A stretch of DNA of 64,000 bases. It comes from Acutalibacteraceae bacterium. GTDB taxonomy: Bacteria; Bacillota; Clostridia; Oscillospirales; Acutalibacteraceae. This document shows positions 1 to 9,146 of the stretch, one piece after another. The DNA is taken from NCBI GenBank assembly GCA_045613145.1, contig JAZLAJ010000048.1, forward strand, positions 9,858 through 73,857, given 5' to 3'. Each line of letters begins with the position of its first letter. The first letter of the stretch is position 1. Below the pieces are notes generated by a model. The model searched no databases and had not been told where the DNA came from. It saw nothing but the letters and a program-made list of their open reading frames with translations. A program made the translations under genes and the position numbers.

Positions 1-1
1 G

Positions 2-1096
2 GCGCACTACGATGTCGTTTCTGACGAAGGACAGGACTGGAAGCATCCCGCTTTCGAAGCAGAGATAATCGATGATGTTATCTGGGGCAGAGGTACCATA
101 GATAACAAATGCATCTTCACCGCTATTTTAGAGGCTATGGAAGGTCTTATAAAAGACGGCTTCACCCCCGGAAGAGACATCTATTTCGCTGCCAGTGACA
201 GTGAAGAGGTAGCCGGTGACACTATGCCCGGAATCGCCAAATGGTTCGAAGAAAAGGGTATCATTCCCGAATATGTTCTCGACGAGGGCGGAGCAGTTAT
301 GCTCGAGCTTCCTATGGGTGTAAAGATTCCCTATGCTATGATCGGTCTTTCAGAAAAAGGCTTCGCAAAGGTAACTCTCAAGGCTTACAGTAAGAGTGCC
401 GCACATTCTGCCAAGGCTGTAACAAGTAAAAAATCAGCACCTGAGCAGATTATCGATGCGATAAATGCCATCAGCAAAAACCCCACTCCCTCCACCATTA
501 CTCCCGCTTTAGAGGGTATGCTCAAGGCTTTCGCTCCCAATGTGGATGCGCCCTTAAAGCAGGTATTCAATAACATAAATCTTCTCAAACCCGTAGTTAA
601 AAAGGCTATGGAATCCATTCCCGATGCTGCGGCGATGATAAGAACTCAGATAACCCTTACATCTGTAAAAGCATTCAATGAAAAAGGAACGGTTCCCGAC
701 GAAGCATCTGCTACCTACAGTGTGAGACTTGCTCCCCAGGATAAGTTCGATGACATTTTAGCTCATATGAAGAAGGCCGTAGGTGAGGATATCGAATTCG
801 AAGTGGAAAGAATGAGAGAAGCTCCCCCTATTTCTGACTTCCACACTGAGGGCTTCGAATACATCAAAGAGACAGTTAAAAAGGTTTACCCCGGCTACGG
901 TGTATCACCCTTCATCCTTAACGCAGCCACCGACTCAAGACATTTCGCACATCTGTGCAACACCTACCGCTTCGGTGCTTTCGCCATTAATAATGAGCTT
1001 TTCGCCACAGTGCATAATGCCGACGAAAGACTCCCTGTAGCAGATTTTAAGCGCTCCATAGATTTCTATGTAGAATTTATGAAAGGCCTTAAATAA
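2..1096 (+). CDS. M20/M25/M40-family metallopeptidase, 5' end outside window
   Basis: The frame is open from base 2 (AHYDVVSDEGQDWKHPAFEAEIIDDVIWGRGTIDNKC...) and joins listed ORF 137..1096. M20-like motifs GRGTIDNK, SDSEEVAGD and LDEGG are present. Confidence 0.8.
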   Translation, partial: AHYDVVSDEGQDWKHPAFEAEIIDDVIWGRGTIDNKCIFTAILEAMEGLIKDGFTPGRDIYFAASDSEEVAGDTMPGIAKWFEEKGIIPEYVLDEGGAVMLELPMGVKIPYAMIGLSEKGFAKVTLKAYSKSAAHSAKAVTSKKSAPEQIIDAINAISKNPTPSTITPALEGMLKAFAPNVDAPLKQVFNNINLLKPVVKKAMESIPDAAAMIRTQITLTSVKAFNEKGTVPDEASATYSVRLAPQDKFDDILAHMKKAVGEDIEFEVERMREAPPISDFHTEGFEYIKETVKKVYPGYGVSPFILNAATDSRHFAHLCNTYRFGAFAINNELFATVHNADERLPVADFKRSIDFYVEFMKGLK

Positions 1097-1172
1097 ATGC
1101 AAAAAGGCGGAGAAGGTTAATATAATCGAAAGACAAAGTCCGCCAAGATAAGCTTGAACTATATTAATTATA

Positions 1173-1214
1173 AAAACCGTTATCTTAAGATTTTCTTAAA
1201 ATAACGGTTTTTAT
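1173..1214 (+). terminator. intrinsic terminator after the M20 gene
   Basis: Stem aaccgttat / ataacggtt is followed by a T-run. Confidence 0.6.
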
Positions 1215-1284
1215 TGTGTATAGGTTTTGTTTATGATATAATTTTTACAGAAATAATTAAAAGCAAAGGAAGGATTTGCTTGAA

Positions 1285-2193
1285 ATGGTCTTCAGAAAAA
1301 TTTTAAAAATCTATTGTATATTATTGATAATAAGTACCGTTTGTTTTTTTGCTGTAGGTAATTTTATTTACACCTATGCGCTCGTTCGAGAATCAGTTTC
1401 TATCAGTACGGAAAAAGAAAAACTGAACTGGTTAGAGCGAAACAGTGAAGAAAGACACATTATCTCTGATGACGGACTTCGGCTTCACGGTTATTTTGTG
1501 AAAAATCCTGATGCAGGGCATAATTATGCTATTGTTTGTCACGGATATTCCGGTGACGGAGCGACTATGTCCTCTTACGCTAAAAGGCTTTATGATATGG
1601 GAATGTCAGTTCTGTGTCCTGATGCCAGAGCTTCGGGCAAAAGCGAAGGAAATGTAATAGGAATGGGTTATATCGAAAAAAGGGATATTATTCTGTGGAT
1701 AAAAGAAATAGCAAGAATTGACCCTAATGCGGAAGTTTTACTCTTCGGTGTTTCAATGGGTGGCGCAACAGTGCTTTTCACAGGCGGAGAAAGAGATCTG
1801 CCCGTATGTGTAAAGGCGATAGTTTCTGACTGTGCTTTTACGAGTGTTTATAAAGAAATAGGAAATGTTATAAGGTTATATGTTCCTTTAATATCTGACT
1901 TTCCGATAGTTAACAGTGCTTCACTGGTGTGTAAAATCAGGTCGGGATTCTCTTTTAAAGAGGCAAGCTGTGTTAAAGCGGTTAAATCAAGTGCAACGCC
2001 AACGCTTTTTATTCACGGCAGCGAGGATACCTATGTGCCTTTTCATATGCTCAACAAACTATATGAAAGTGCAGCCTGTCCGAAGGAAAAGCTTGTGGTA
2101 GAGGGTGCAGTTCACGCAAGAAGTGCCAAGAAAAATCCGGAGCTTTATTGGAACACGGTAGAAAACTTTGTTGGTAAGTACATAAAATTATAA
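1285..2193 (+). CDS. alpha/beta hydrolase with N-terminal TM segment
   Basis: The ATG at 1285 follows AGGAAGGA; the track lists a TTG start at 1276. It has a GVSMGG nucleophile elbow and the motifs HGYSGDG and FIHGSEDTYVP. It is a paralog of 57843..58805. Confidence 0.8.
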   Translation: MVFRKILKIYCILLIISTVCFFAVGNFIYTYALVRESVSISTEKEKLNWLERNSEERHIISDDGLRLHGYFVKNPDAGHNYAIVCHGYSGDGATMSSYAKRLYDMGMSVLCPDARASGKSEGNVIGMGYIEKRDIILWIKEIARIDPNAEVLLFGVSMGGATVLFTGGERDLPVCVKAIVSDCAFTSVYKEIGNVIRLYVPLISDFPIVNSASLVCKIRSGFSFKEASCVKAVKSSATPTLFIHGSEDTYVPFHMLNKLYESAACPKEKLVVEGAVHARSAKKNPELYWNTVENFVGKYIKL

Positions 2194-2197
2194 TAGC

Positions 2198-2229
2198 AAA
2201 AAGAGGTGACCACCGTCACCTCTTTTTTT
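2198..2229. terminator. bidirectional intrinsic terminator between convergent genes
   Basis: Stem agaggtgac cacc gtcacctct is flanked by an A-run and a T-run. Confidence 0.7.
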
Positions 2230-2650
2230 AACAGTTCTGATTCCTTATAACTTCTGCAAGCTCATAGGAAACATTAAATTCTATCCGTTCCCCGTTTGCT
2301 GTTTCGACTTCGATTTCTGACAGATAGTGTCCGTTTTTCTGTTTTTCCAGAGAATCACCCATCCACCAGGTTTTTTCGAGAGTTTTTACATCAAAATCGG
2401 GTGTTTTTATTTTATAATTATACAATAATATCTTTTCAATATCTCTTTCATACAAGGCATTTCTGCTGTCGAGATATATTTCCAAACAGTTCCGTTTCGG
2501 CTTTTTCTTATGATAATCGGGAATTAGTTCGACTTCAGAAACGGAAATAATTTCTGCATCGTGCAGACCGTATTTCCAGTACCAAGCGGGAAACTGTACA
2601 TAATATTCTTCAAGTTCTTTTGCAGTTGCTATTATATCCTTTATTTTCAT
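2228..2650 (-). CDS. hypothetical protein (possibly DUF4085-like)
   Basis: This is a 140-aa ORF with a clean intergenic fit. I recognise no catalytic motif, and the family guess rests only on an LHDAEI-type segment. Confidence 0.55.
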   Translation of the reverse strand: MKIKDIIATAKELEEYYVQFPAWYWKYGLHDAEIISVSEVELIPDYHKKKPKRNCLEIYLDSRNALYERDIEKILLYNYKIKTPDFDVKTLEKTWWMGDSLEKQKNGHYLSEIEVETANGERIEFNVSYELAEVIRNQNC

Positions 2651-2674
2651 AATCGCACTGCCTTTCTTTATCCT

Positions 2675-4294
2675 TTACCAGCCGAAGCCGAAATAATCAT
2701 TGAAGAAATCCTCGAAATCACTTGCACCGCCATAGTAGTATCCGCCGCCGCTGTAAGGAGCCGTGGTGGTTTCCTCTTCCTGCGAAGCGCCCTTGTCTTC
2801 GACGAGAGTAATGGTTACATCGAAGGTAGTGGTTTTATAGGTTCTGCTTTCGATACGGCAGAGAGTGAGGGTGAGAGTGTCACCTACTGCGCCTGTTTCG
2901 ATAAGGTCAAGAAGAACACTCGAGTCGTTCATATCCTTGCCGTTTACACCGATGATAAGGTCACCTACCTCAGCTTCTGTGCCTGCCAGTGAGCTGTCAG
3001 CGGAAATGCCTGCAATAACAAGTGAGCCCTTGGGAAGTCCCTTGATGGAAACTACCATACTGTAAAGCTGATAGGAGCTTACGGAAGCATATTCGATGCC
3101 GAGCTTGGGTCTGTTGGGAACATATTTATACTGAACGAGAGCCTGAGCTACGGGAAGTGCGATAGACATAGGAACTGCGAAGCCCATGCCCTCATATTCG
3201 GTACTTGCTATTTTTGAGGAGTTGATGCCTACTACCTGACCTGAGGTGTTTACCAGAGCACCGCCTGAGTTACCGGGGTTGATAGCGGCACTGTGCTGAA
3301 TTACAGTCATAGTGTAGGTAGATGAGATAGAACGGTCAATGGAAGAAATGATGCCGTCAGTTACTGAGCCGAAGAAAGCACTTCCTCCGGGATTACCGAT
3401 AGCATAGATGGGCTCACCGATTTTAAGTGTGGCTGAGTTGCCTATTTCAGATAAGGGAAGACCTGTGGCTTCCATCTTGAGAACACCGATGTCTGTTCTG
3501 GTATCGGCTGCTACCATTTCCGCCTCGTAGGTTTTACCGTCTTCGAGCATAATTCCGTAGGTAACACCCTTGGAATCAATTACGTGAGCACAGGTGATAA
3601 CATAGGTAAAGCCGCCTTCTTCCTTCCATAAAACACCTGAACCTTCACCGTCGAGCTGCCCCTGTCTGTAGGTCATAACACCTACCACACCGGGTCTCGC
3701 CTTTTCCGCAACAACTACGGAATTATAAAGATCTACCGTACCGGGCTGTGTGGTGGCATAAACAGAATCTGCCGTGGTGGGTGTTTCCGACTGAACAGTA
3801 GTGTCATTCTGCGAAGGCTGTACGGAGCTTCCGCCGTCTGATAAGCTCAGAGCCATAGCAACTGCGCCTACGATGAGACAGAGAATGATGATAACGGCAG
3901 CTACGGTTTTACCCTTACCCTTCTTTTTCGGTTCCTCGGGAACAGGCTGATAAGAAGGCTGTGTGCCGAAATTATAGTTCTGCTGAGGCTGATAGGTTGC
4001 GTGGGGAGGCTGCTGTGAATATACAGGCTCCTCCTTATGAGGTATATCAGCAGAAGTGAAACGGTAAGTGTCTGACGGAGATACATAAGGATTAAAGACA
4101 GGCTCTTTCTTTACAGGCTCTGCCTTTATCTCCTCTTCCGATGAAGAAAAGACATTTTCATCATTTACGGGATATACGGGAGGCTTCGGGAAATCGAAGG
4201 AAAAGGACGGAGTGAAGCTTTCTTCCTCGCCGGAAAGCTTTTCAGCCTTTTCTTCACCCTCGAAGCCGTTAAGTCTGTTTTCATTGTCATTCAT
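2675..4294 (-). CDS. htrA: HtrA/DegP-family (S1C) serine protease with PDZ domain, Pro/Gln-rich N-terminus and TM anchor
   Basis: The catalytic triad context is CAHVI, DIGVLK and GNSGGALVN. A C-terminal PDZ-like region and a TM segment (AAVIIILCLIVGAVAMAL) are present. Confidence 0.9.
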   Translation of the reverse strand: MNDNENRLNGFEGEEKAEKLSGEEESFTPSFSFDFPKPPVYPVNDENVFSSSEEEIKAEPVKKEPVFNPYVSPSDTYRFTSADIPHKEEPVYSQQPPHATYQPQQNYNFGTQPSYQPVPEEPKKKGKGKTVAAVIIILCLIVGAVAMALSLSDGGSSVQPSQNDTTVQSETPTTADSVYATTQPGTVDLYNSVVVAEKARPGVVGVMTYRQGQLDGEGSGVLWKEEGGFTYVITCAHVIDSKGVTYGIMLEDGKTYEAEMVAADTRTDIGVLKMEATGLPLSEIGNSATLKIGEPIYAIGNPGGSAFFGSVTDGIISSIDRSISSTYTMTVIQHSAAINPGNSGGALVNTSGQVVGINSSKIASTEYEGMGFAVPMSIALPVAQALVQYKYVPNRPKLGIEYASVSSYQLYSMVVSIKGLPKGSLVIAGISADSSLAGTEAEVGDLIIGVNGKDMNDSSVLLDLIETGAVGDTLTLTLCRIESRTYKTTTFDVTITLVEDKGASQEEETTTAPYSGGGYYYGGASDFEDFFNDYFGFGW

Positions 4295-4382
4295 AAGTAT
4301 TTGCTCCTTTTTTATTGCCGGATTTGATTTTTATGGTTAGAGAATAACTGCTTACATTAAAAGCAAGTTTAAAAAATTTTAA

Positions 4383-5876
4383 TTATTCGTCGATATAGGG
4401 AATTTCGAAGCTGAATTCGGTATATTCTCCCTGCTTGCTCGAGGCATAAATTTCACCGTCGTGCATATTTATAATGGTTTTTACGATGTAAAGCCCGAGA
4501 CCCACACCCTTGGTATCATAAGAGCGTGATTTATCCACCTTGTAGAAACGCTCGAAAATACGTGCGATTTCTTCCTCGGATATGCCCTGTCCCGAATTTC
4601 TGATAGACACCTTTGTCAGCTCTCCGTCATTCGATGCGAAGATACTTATAGTACCTCTTTCGGGAGTGAATTTGACCGCATTATCCACCAGATTGTAAAT
4701 AACCTGCTGCACAAGGTCCTTATCGGCACGCATCATTACTGCACCCATTTCCTCGAAGCCTTCGATTTCTATCCGCTTTTCATTGATAGTCTTTTCAAAG
4801 GAAAGAAGAGTTTCAAAGACCTGTGCACTGACATCGTAAATGATGGGTGAAAGCTCTATTTCCCCTGCTTCAATTTTCGAAAGATTCAGCATGGAAACAA
4901 CCATACGGGAAAGTCTTTTCACCTCATTTGAAACGATTCCGAGATATTTCTTCTCTTCACCGGGAGGAATGGTTCCGTCCATTATTCCGTCAATAAATCC
5001 GCCTATGGAGGTCATAGGGGTTTTAAGCTCGTGGGAAACATTCGCCACAAAGCTCTTGCGGGAGTCTTCGTTTATTTTCAGCTCATATCCCATTTTATTA
5101 AGAGCCTTTGCGAAGTCATTAAGCTCACGGTTTTTATAGTTTTCTTTTGCTTTATGTCCGAAATCACCTTTAGCATAATGGTCTGTGATTTTCTGCATAT
5201 CGGAAAGCGGTACTGCTATGTCCCTTGTAATAATGAAAAGCGCTATGAACACAGCTATAAGAGCGATAATCAGAGAGTAGAAGAAGGATTCGATGATACG
5301 TACACTGTAAGGTACCAGACCGGTGATAGCATCCTCTACACCGAAGACCACAGCTACGGGAACCTCCTCCGCCCTGACCGGTGCTACAACTACAAAGGAG
5401 CCTATTTCGAAATCATCATCACTGATATAGTCGGAATACCTTCCCTTCAGCGCACGGTTTATATGATCTTCCGACACATCATAATTGCGGTGATTTTCAC
5501 ATCCGTGGTTTTTACCCGCCTGACAGTCACTGCAGTAAAGAACATTACCGTCTGTGTCAGTTATGAAATACTCTGAGAGAGTAGCCTTACCCATAGTGTT
5601 AAGCACATTATGAAGCGTCATTTCAGCAGCTGCCGCCTCAGCCTTACTCTTCTGCGGATTTTTATGAATAGAGAGCGCTACATAGGTTTCACATATATTG
5701 TTTATGTTCCGGTTAAGAGAAACATTCTTTTCGTCCCACCACTGGCTTCCTATAAACAGCATCATTACAAAGCATAAGATAATAAAGCCTACGGAAACGG
5801 CCAGTGCGGAACGGAAAAAATATTTACGCAGAATACCGGCTCTTTTCCTTCGTCGGAGACCTTTTCTTTTTGCCAT
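4383..5876 (-). CDS. sensor histidine kinase (two TM, extracytoplasmic domain, HAMP, HisKA, HATPase)
   Basis: It has the H-box SHELKTPMTSI, the N-box NLVDNAVKF and the G-box GVGLGLYIV. Confidence 0.9.
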   Translation of the reverse strand: MAKRKGLRRRKRAGILRKYFFRSALAVSVGFIILCFVMMLFIGSQWWDEKNVSLNRNINNICETYVALSIHKNPQKSKAEAAAAEMTLHNVLNTMGKATLSEYFITDTDGNVLYCSDCQAGKNHGCENHRNYDVSEDHINRALKGRYSDYISDDDFEIGSFVVVAPVRAEEVPVAVVFGVEDAITGLVPYSVRIIESFFYSLIIALIAVFIALFIITRDIAVPLSDMQKITDHYAKGDFGHKAKENYKNRELNDFAKALNKMGYELKINEDSRKSFVANVSHELKTPMTSIGGFIDGIMDGTIPPGEEKKYLGIVSNEVKRLSRMVVSMLNLSKIEAGEIELSPIIYDVSAQVFETLLSFEKTINEKRIEIEGFEEMGAVMMRADKDLVQQVIYNLVDNAVKFTPERGTISIFASNDGELTKVSIRNSGQGISEEEIARIFERFYKVDKSRSYDTKGVGLGLYIVKTIINMHDGEIYASSKQGEYTEFSFEIPYIDE

Positions 5877-5896
5877 TTTTCTTTCCCCTTTTCAAG

Positions 5897-5921
5897 AAAA
5901 CGCCTGAAAAAATCAGGCGTT
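5897..5921 (-). terminator. hairpin between response regulator and kinase genes (possible partial terminator)
   Basis: On the minus strand, aacgcctga ttttt tcaggcgtt is followed by ttcttg. Confidence 0.4.
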
Positions 5922-5933
5922 GAACTTATCGGT

Positions 5934-6623
5934 TTATTCTTTTGTTTCGAATTTATAACCTACGCCCCATACGGTACGAAGCTCCCACTTATCGGAAGCA
6001 CCCTCTAATTTTTCACGAAGACGCTTTACATGAACGTCAACAGTACGGGAATCACCGTAGTAATCGTAACCCCATACTTCATCGAGAAGCTGGTCACGGG
6101 TGAATACTCTGTTCGGATTTTTTGCCAGATGGAAAATAAGCTCCATCTCTTTCGGAGGAGTGTCTATCTGAACTCCGCCTACCTTAAGCTCGTAATTTGT
6201 AAGATTAATTGAAAGCTTGTCGTAATGTACTTCCTTGATTTCCTCTGAAGCTGAGGAAGCGCTGCGGCGGAGAACTGCCTTGATTCTTGCCACGATTTCT
6301 TTAGTGTCAAAGGGCTTTACCACATAGTCATCAGCACCGAGCTCGAGACCTAAAACACGGTCAAAAACCTCACCCTTGGCAGTGAGCATAATGATGGGAG
6401 TTTCAGAAATCTTTCTGATTTCTCTGCACACCTGCCAGCCGTCAAGCTTAGGAAGCATAATGTCAAGAAGAACAAGAGACGGACTTTCCTCCTGGAAGGT
6501 GGTAACGGCACTCTGTCCGTCGTTGGCAATTACTACATTATAGCCTTCTTTGGTAAGATAAAGTCTGAGGAGTTCGCAGATATTAAGGTCATCGTCGACA
6601 ACAAGAATTTTTTCGGGATTCAT
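5934..6623 (-). CDS. OmpR/PhoB-family response regulator
   Basis: The receiver domain shows VVDDD...LLDIMLP...LTAK. The winged-helix C-terminus shows TVDVHVKRLREKL and VWGVGYKF. Confidence 0.92.
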   Translation of the reverse strand: MNPEKILVVDDDLNICELLRLYLTKEGYNVVIANDGQSAVTTFQEESPSLVLLDIMLPKLDGWQVCREIRKISETPIIMLTAKGEVFDRVLGLELGADDYVVKPFDTKEIVARIKAVLRRSASSASEEIKEVHYDKLSINLTNYELKVGGVQIDTPPKEMELIFHLAKNPNRVFTRDQLLDEVWGYDYYGDSRTVDVHVKRLREKLEGASDKWELRTVWGVGYKFETKE

Positions 6624-6723
6624 AATATTTTCTCTCTTTCTTTTGTAGTTTATTTTATTATGGTCTGCACGGTTTAAAATAACTTTACTTTTTTAGTATT
6701 TTAACAAAAAGAATAAAAATACA

Positions 6724-8463
6724 TTACATTCTTTCCGGTGAATCAACCTTGAGCATCTTAAGAATACTCTTCATAGTATCTCTTACACAGATGCAGAGGA
6801 ATAATCTCGCCTGCATAAGACTCTCATCCTCTACACCTACACGGCATGCACTGTAGAATTTATGGAAAAGTGTGGCAAGATCAACTGCATAATGAGTAAC
6901 CTTTGCAGGGTCGTAGTTCTTCGCTGCACCGATGATAGTGTCTCCGAGAGATGAAAGGAAACGGATAAGCTCTCTTTCCTCGGGGCAGCTGAGCTTCTGA
7001 AGCTCTTCACTTGTACATTCTCTCGACTTTTTGCCTTCTCCTTCGAGCTTCGATAGAATACTGCAGATTCGTGCATGTGCATACTGGCAGTAATAAACAG
7101 GATTCTGTGAGCTCTGCTCTACAGCTAAGTCGAGATCGAAGTCCATCAGTGAGCCCGGCTCTCTGATATTGAAAAGGAAGCGGACCGCATCGATGGGTAC
7201 TTCATTGAGAAGATCAACGAGTGTGATAGCCTTACCTGTTCTCTTTGACATTCTTACCACCTCACCGTCACGCACAAGACGGACGAACTGCATAAGAAGA
7301 ATGTCGAGTCTGTCAGAGTCGATACCTACTGCCTCCATGGCACCCTTCATACGTGCCACGTGTCCGTGATGATCTGCACCCCACACGTCGATAGCCTTGT
7401 CGAAGCCTCTCTTCTCCAGCTTGTTTCTGTGATATGCGATATCAGCAGCGAAATAAGTGGGATTACCGTTGGCACGGATGAGAACATCGTCCTTAAGCTC
7501 TAATTTGTCGATATATTCCTGACTTTTGCCCTCACGAAGGAGCATTTTAGTCTGAACCTCTTTATTCTTGTACCAGAGAGCGCCATCCTTTTCGTAGGTG
7601 TAACCGCCCTTAGTAAGTATGTCGATGGTTTCCTGAAGCTCACCGCCGTTATGAAGAGTCAGCTCACTGAACCACAGATCATAATCGATACGGTATTTTT
7701 CCATCGCTTTTTTCATATTTTCGAGGTTTTTCGGAAGAGCAAACTCAACGAGAGCCTTTCTTCTTTCTTCCTCACTCTTTTCCATAAAGGCTTCACCGTA
7801 AGCCGCCTTGAATTCGCCTGCTCTTTCTGTTATGTCTTCGCCGTGGTAGCTGTCCTCGGGAAGCTCGATTTCCTCACCGCAGAGCTGACGGTATCTGATG
7901 TCCAGTGAAAGGCCGAACTTTTCGATCTGATTACCTGCATCGTTTACATAAAATTCTCTGGCTACCTCATATCCTGCATAATCGAGAACACCTGCCAGAC
8001 AGTCACCTAAAGCACCGCCTCGTGCGTTACCCATATGCATAGGTCCTGTAGGATTGGCTGAAACAAATTCTACATTTATTTTTTTACCCTGACCGTAGTT
8101 GCTTCTTCCGTAGCTGTCACCTGCTTCTTTGATTTCAAAAAGGATGTCTGCATAGTAAACATCTAAAAGGTAGAAGTTAATAAAACCGGGGCCCGCTATT
8201 TTAATCTCTCTGAAGTATGTACCTTCGAGATCTGCATTATCTACGATTGCCTGTGCGATTTTCACGGGAGGCAGACGGAAGGCTCTGGCATTTACCATAG
8301 CTGCATTAGTGGAAAAATCACCGTTATTTCTGTCAGCGGGTACTTCCACAGAGAAAGCGTTTACCTCTCCCTCGGGTAAAACTCCCTCGCTCTGAGCTTT
8401 TGCTATAGCAGCGGCTACGGTCTGTCTTATCTGATTCTGTGCTTTATCTGATGTAATGGACAT
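6724..8463 (-). CDS. argS: arginine--tRNA ligase
   Basis: It has the class I motifs SANPTGPMHMGNARGG and MSKRTGKA and is a typical 579 aa long. Confidence 0.95.
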   Translation of the reverse strand: MSITSDKAQNQIRQTVAAAIAKAQSEGVLPEGEVNAFSVEVPADRNNGDFSTNAAMVNARAFRLPPVKIAQAIVDNADLEGTYFREIKIAGPGFINFYLLDVYYADILFEIKEAGDSYGRSNYGQGKKINVEFVSANPTGPMHMGNARGGALGDCLAGVLDYAGYEVAREFYVNDAGNQIEKFGLSLDIRYRQLCGEEIELPEDSYHGEDITERAGEFKAAYGEAFMEKSEEERRKALVEFALPKNLENMKKAMEKYRIDYDLWFSELTLHNGGELQETIDILTKGGYTYEKDGALWYKNKEVQTKMLLREGKSQEYIDKLELKDDVLIRANGNPTYFAADIAYHRNKLEKRGFDKAIDVWGADHHGHVARMKGAMEAVGIDSDRLDILLMQFVRLVRDGEVVRMSKRTGKAITLVDLLNEVPIDAVRFLFNIREPGSLMDFDLDLAVEQSSQNPVYYCQYAHARICSILSKLEGEGKKSRECTSEELQKLSCPEERELIRFLSSLGDTIIGAAKNYDPAKVTHYAVDLATLFHKFYSACRVGVEDESLMQARLFLCICVRDTMKSILKMLKVDSPERM

Positions 8464-8909
8464 TAAAGTTCCTCCTGTTCGGCTCTGTAATTATTTTTTC
8501 TTTTAACTGTTATATCAAATTCAATAATGCCCAGGGGATTTCTTTCTATATCCGTGGCATAACTGAATCGGAGCGTTCCGCCTCCGGCAGTCATATCAGA
8601 CTCTATCTCCGTTCCGCATACACCCATAGAAAAGCTTCCGTAGGGCGTAACGTGATGGGACAGATGGCGTACTTCCTTTTCGATAATCATATAGGTGGCA
8701 ATACTGCCTTCACGGTTAACGGTAACACTCCCGTTTTCCGTACGGAGTCTGGTGGTGCTTTCGGTGCCGTCATCCTCCTGCTCGGTATATATAAGAGTGT
8801 AACATTCACCCTCACCCTCTAAATGTCCGTGGGTAGTGACCTCTAAAAGATCTCTTTCTCCCTCGATTTCCTGTCGGGTGACGATGGTTACGAGATAATC
8901 TTCTTTCAT
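8463..8909 (-). CDS. DUF1934-family protein (typical argS-upstream partner in Firmicutes)
   Basis: This is a 148-aa ORF whose stop overlaps the argS start (TAATG). The position-plus-size pattern is known for DUF1934. Confidence 0.7.
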   Translation of the reverse strand: MKEDYLVTIVTRQEIEGERDLLEVTTHGHLEGEGECYTLIYTEQEDDGTESTTRLRTENGSVTVNREGSIATYMIIEKEVRHLSHHVTPYGSFSMGVCGTEIESDMTAGGGTLRFSYATDIERNPLGIIEFDITVKRKNNYRAEQEEL

Positions 8910-9031
8910 CTGATTTGCCTTTCCTGAAACGAATTATAAATATACATAATATATGATAACACAGTTTATTTCAAAAAGTCAATTTTTTTCGCATCTTTTA
9001 TAGTATATTATTGTATATTTTTTCATTAAGG

Positions 9032-9061
9032 TTGACATCTGCGAGCAGAAAAAGATATAAT
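9032..9061 (+). promoter_or_regulatory. sigma-A-type promoter for the GH95 gene
   Basis: TTGACA, 18-nt spacer, TATAAT. Confidence 0.5.
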
Positions 9062-9146
9062 AAGGAAAATAACCGTGATTCTGTATGCTTTTCCTGTGAT
9101 CACTGAGTTGGAATTACGGTTCCGAATCAATCAAAGAGGTGTCATT

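Noticed and set aside
8910-9146. A T-box leader upstream of DUF1934-argS. I also considered one upstream of gltX/glnS at 12851-13014.
   Set aside because: The regions are short and AT-rich, and they lack the AGAGA/GNUGGUACCGCG-type T-box sequence and any specifier-loop architecture.
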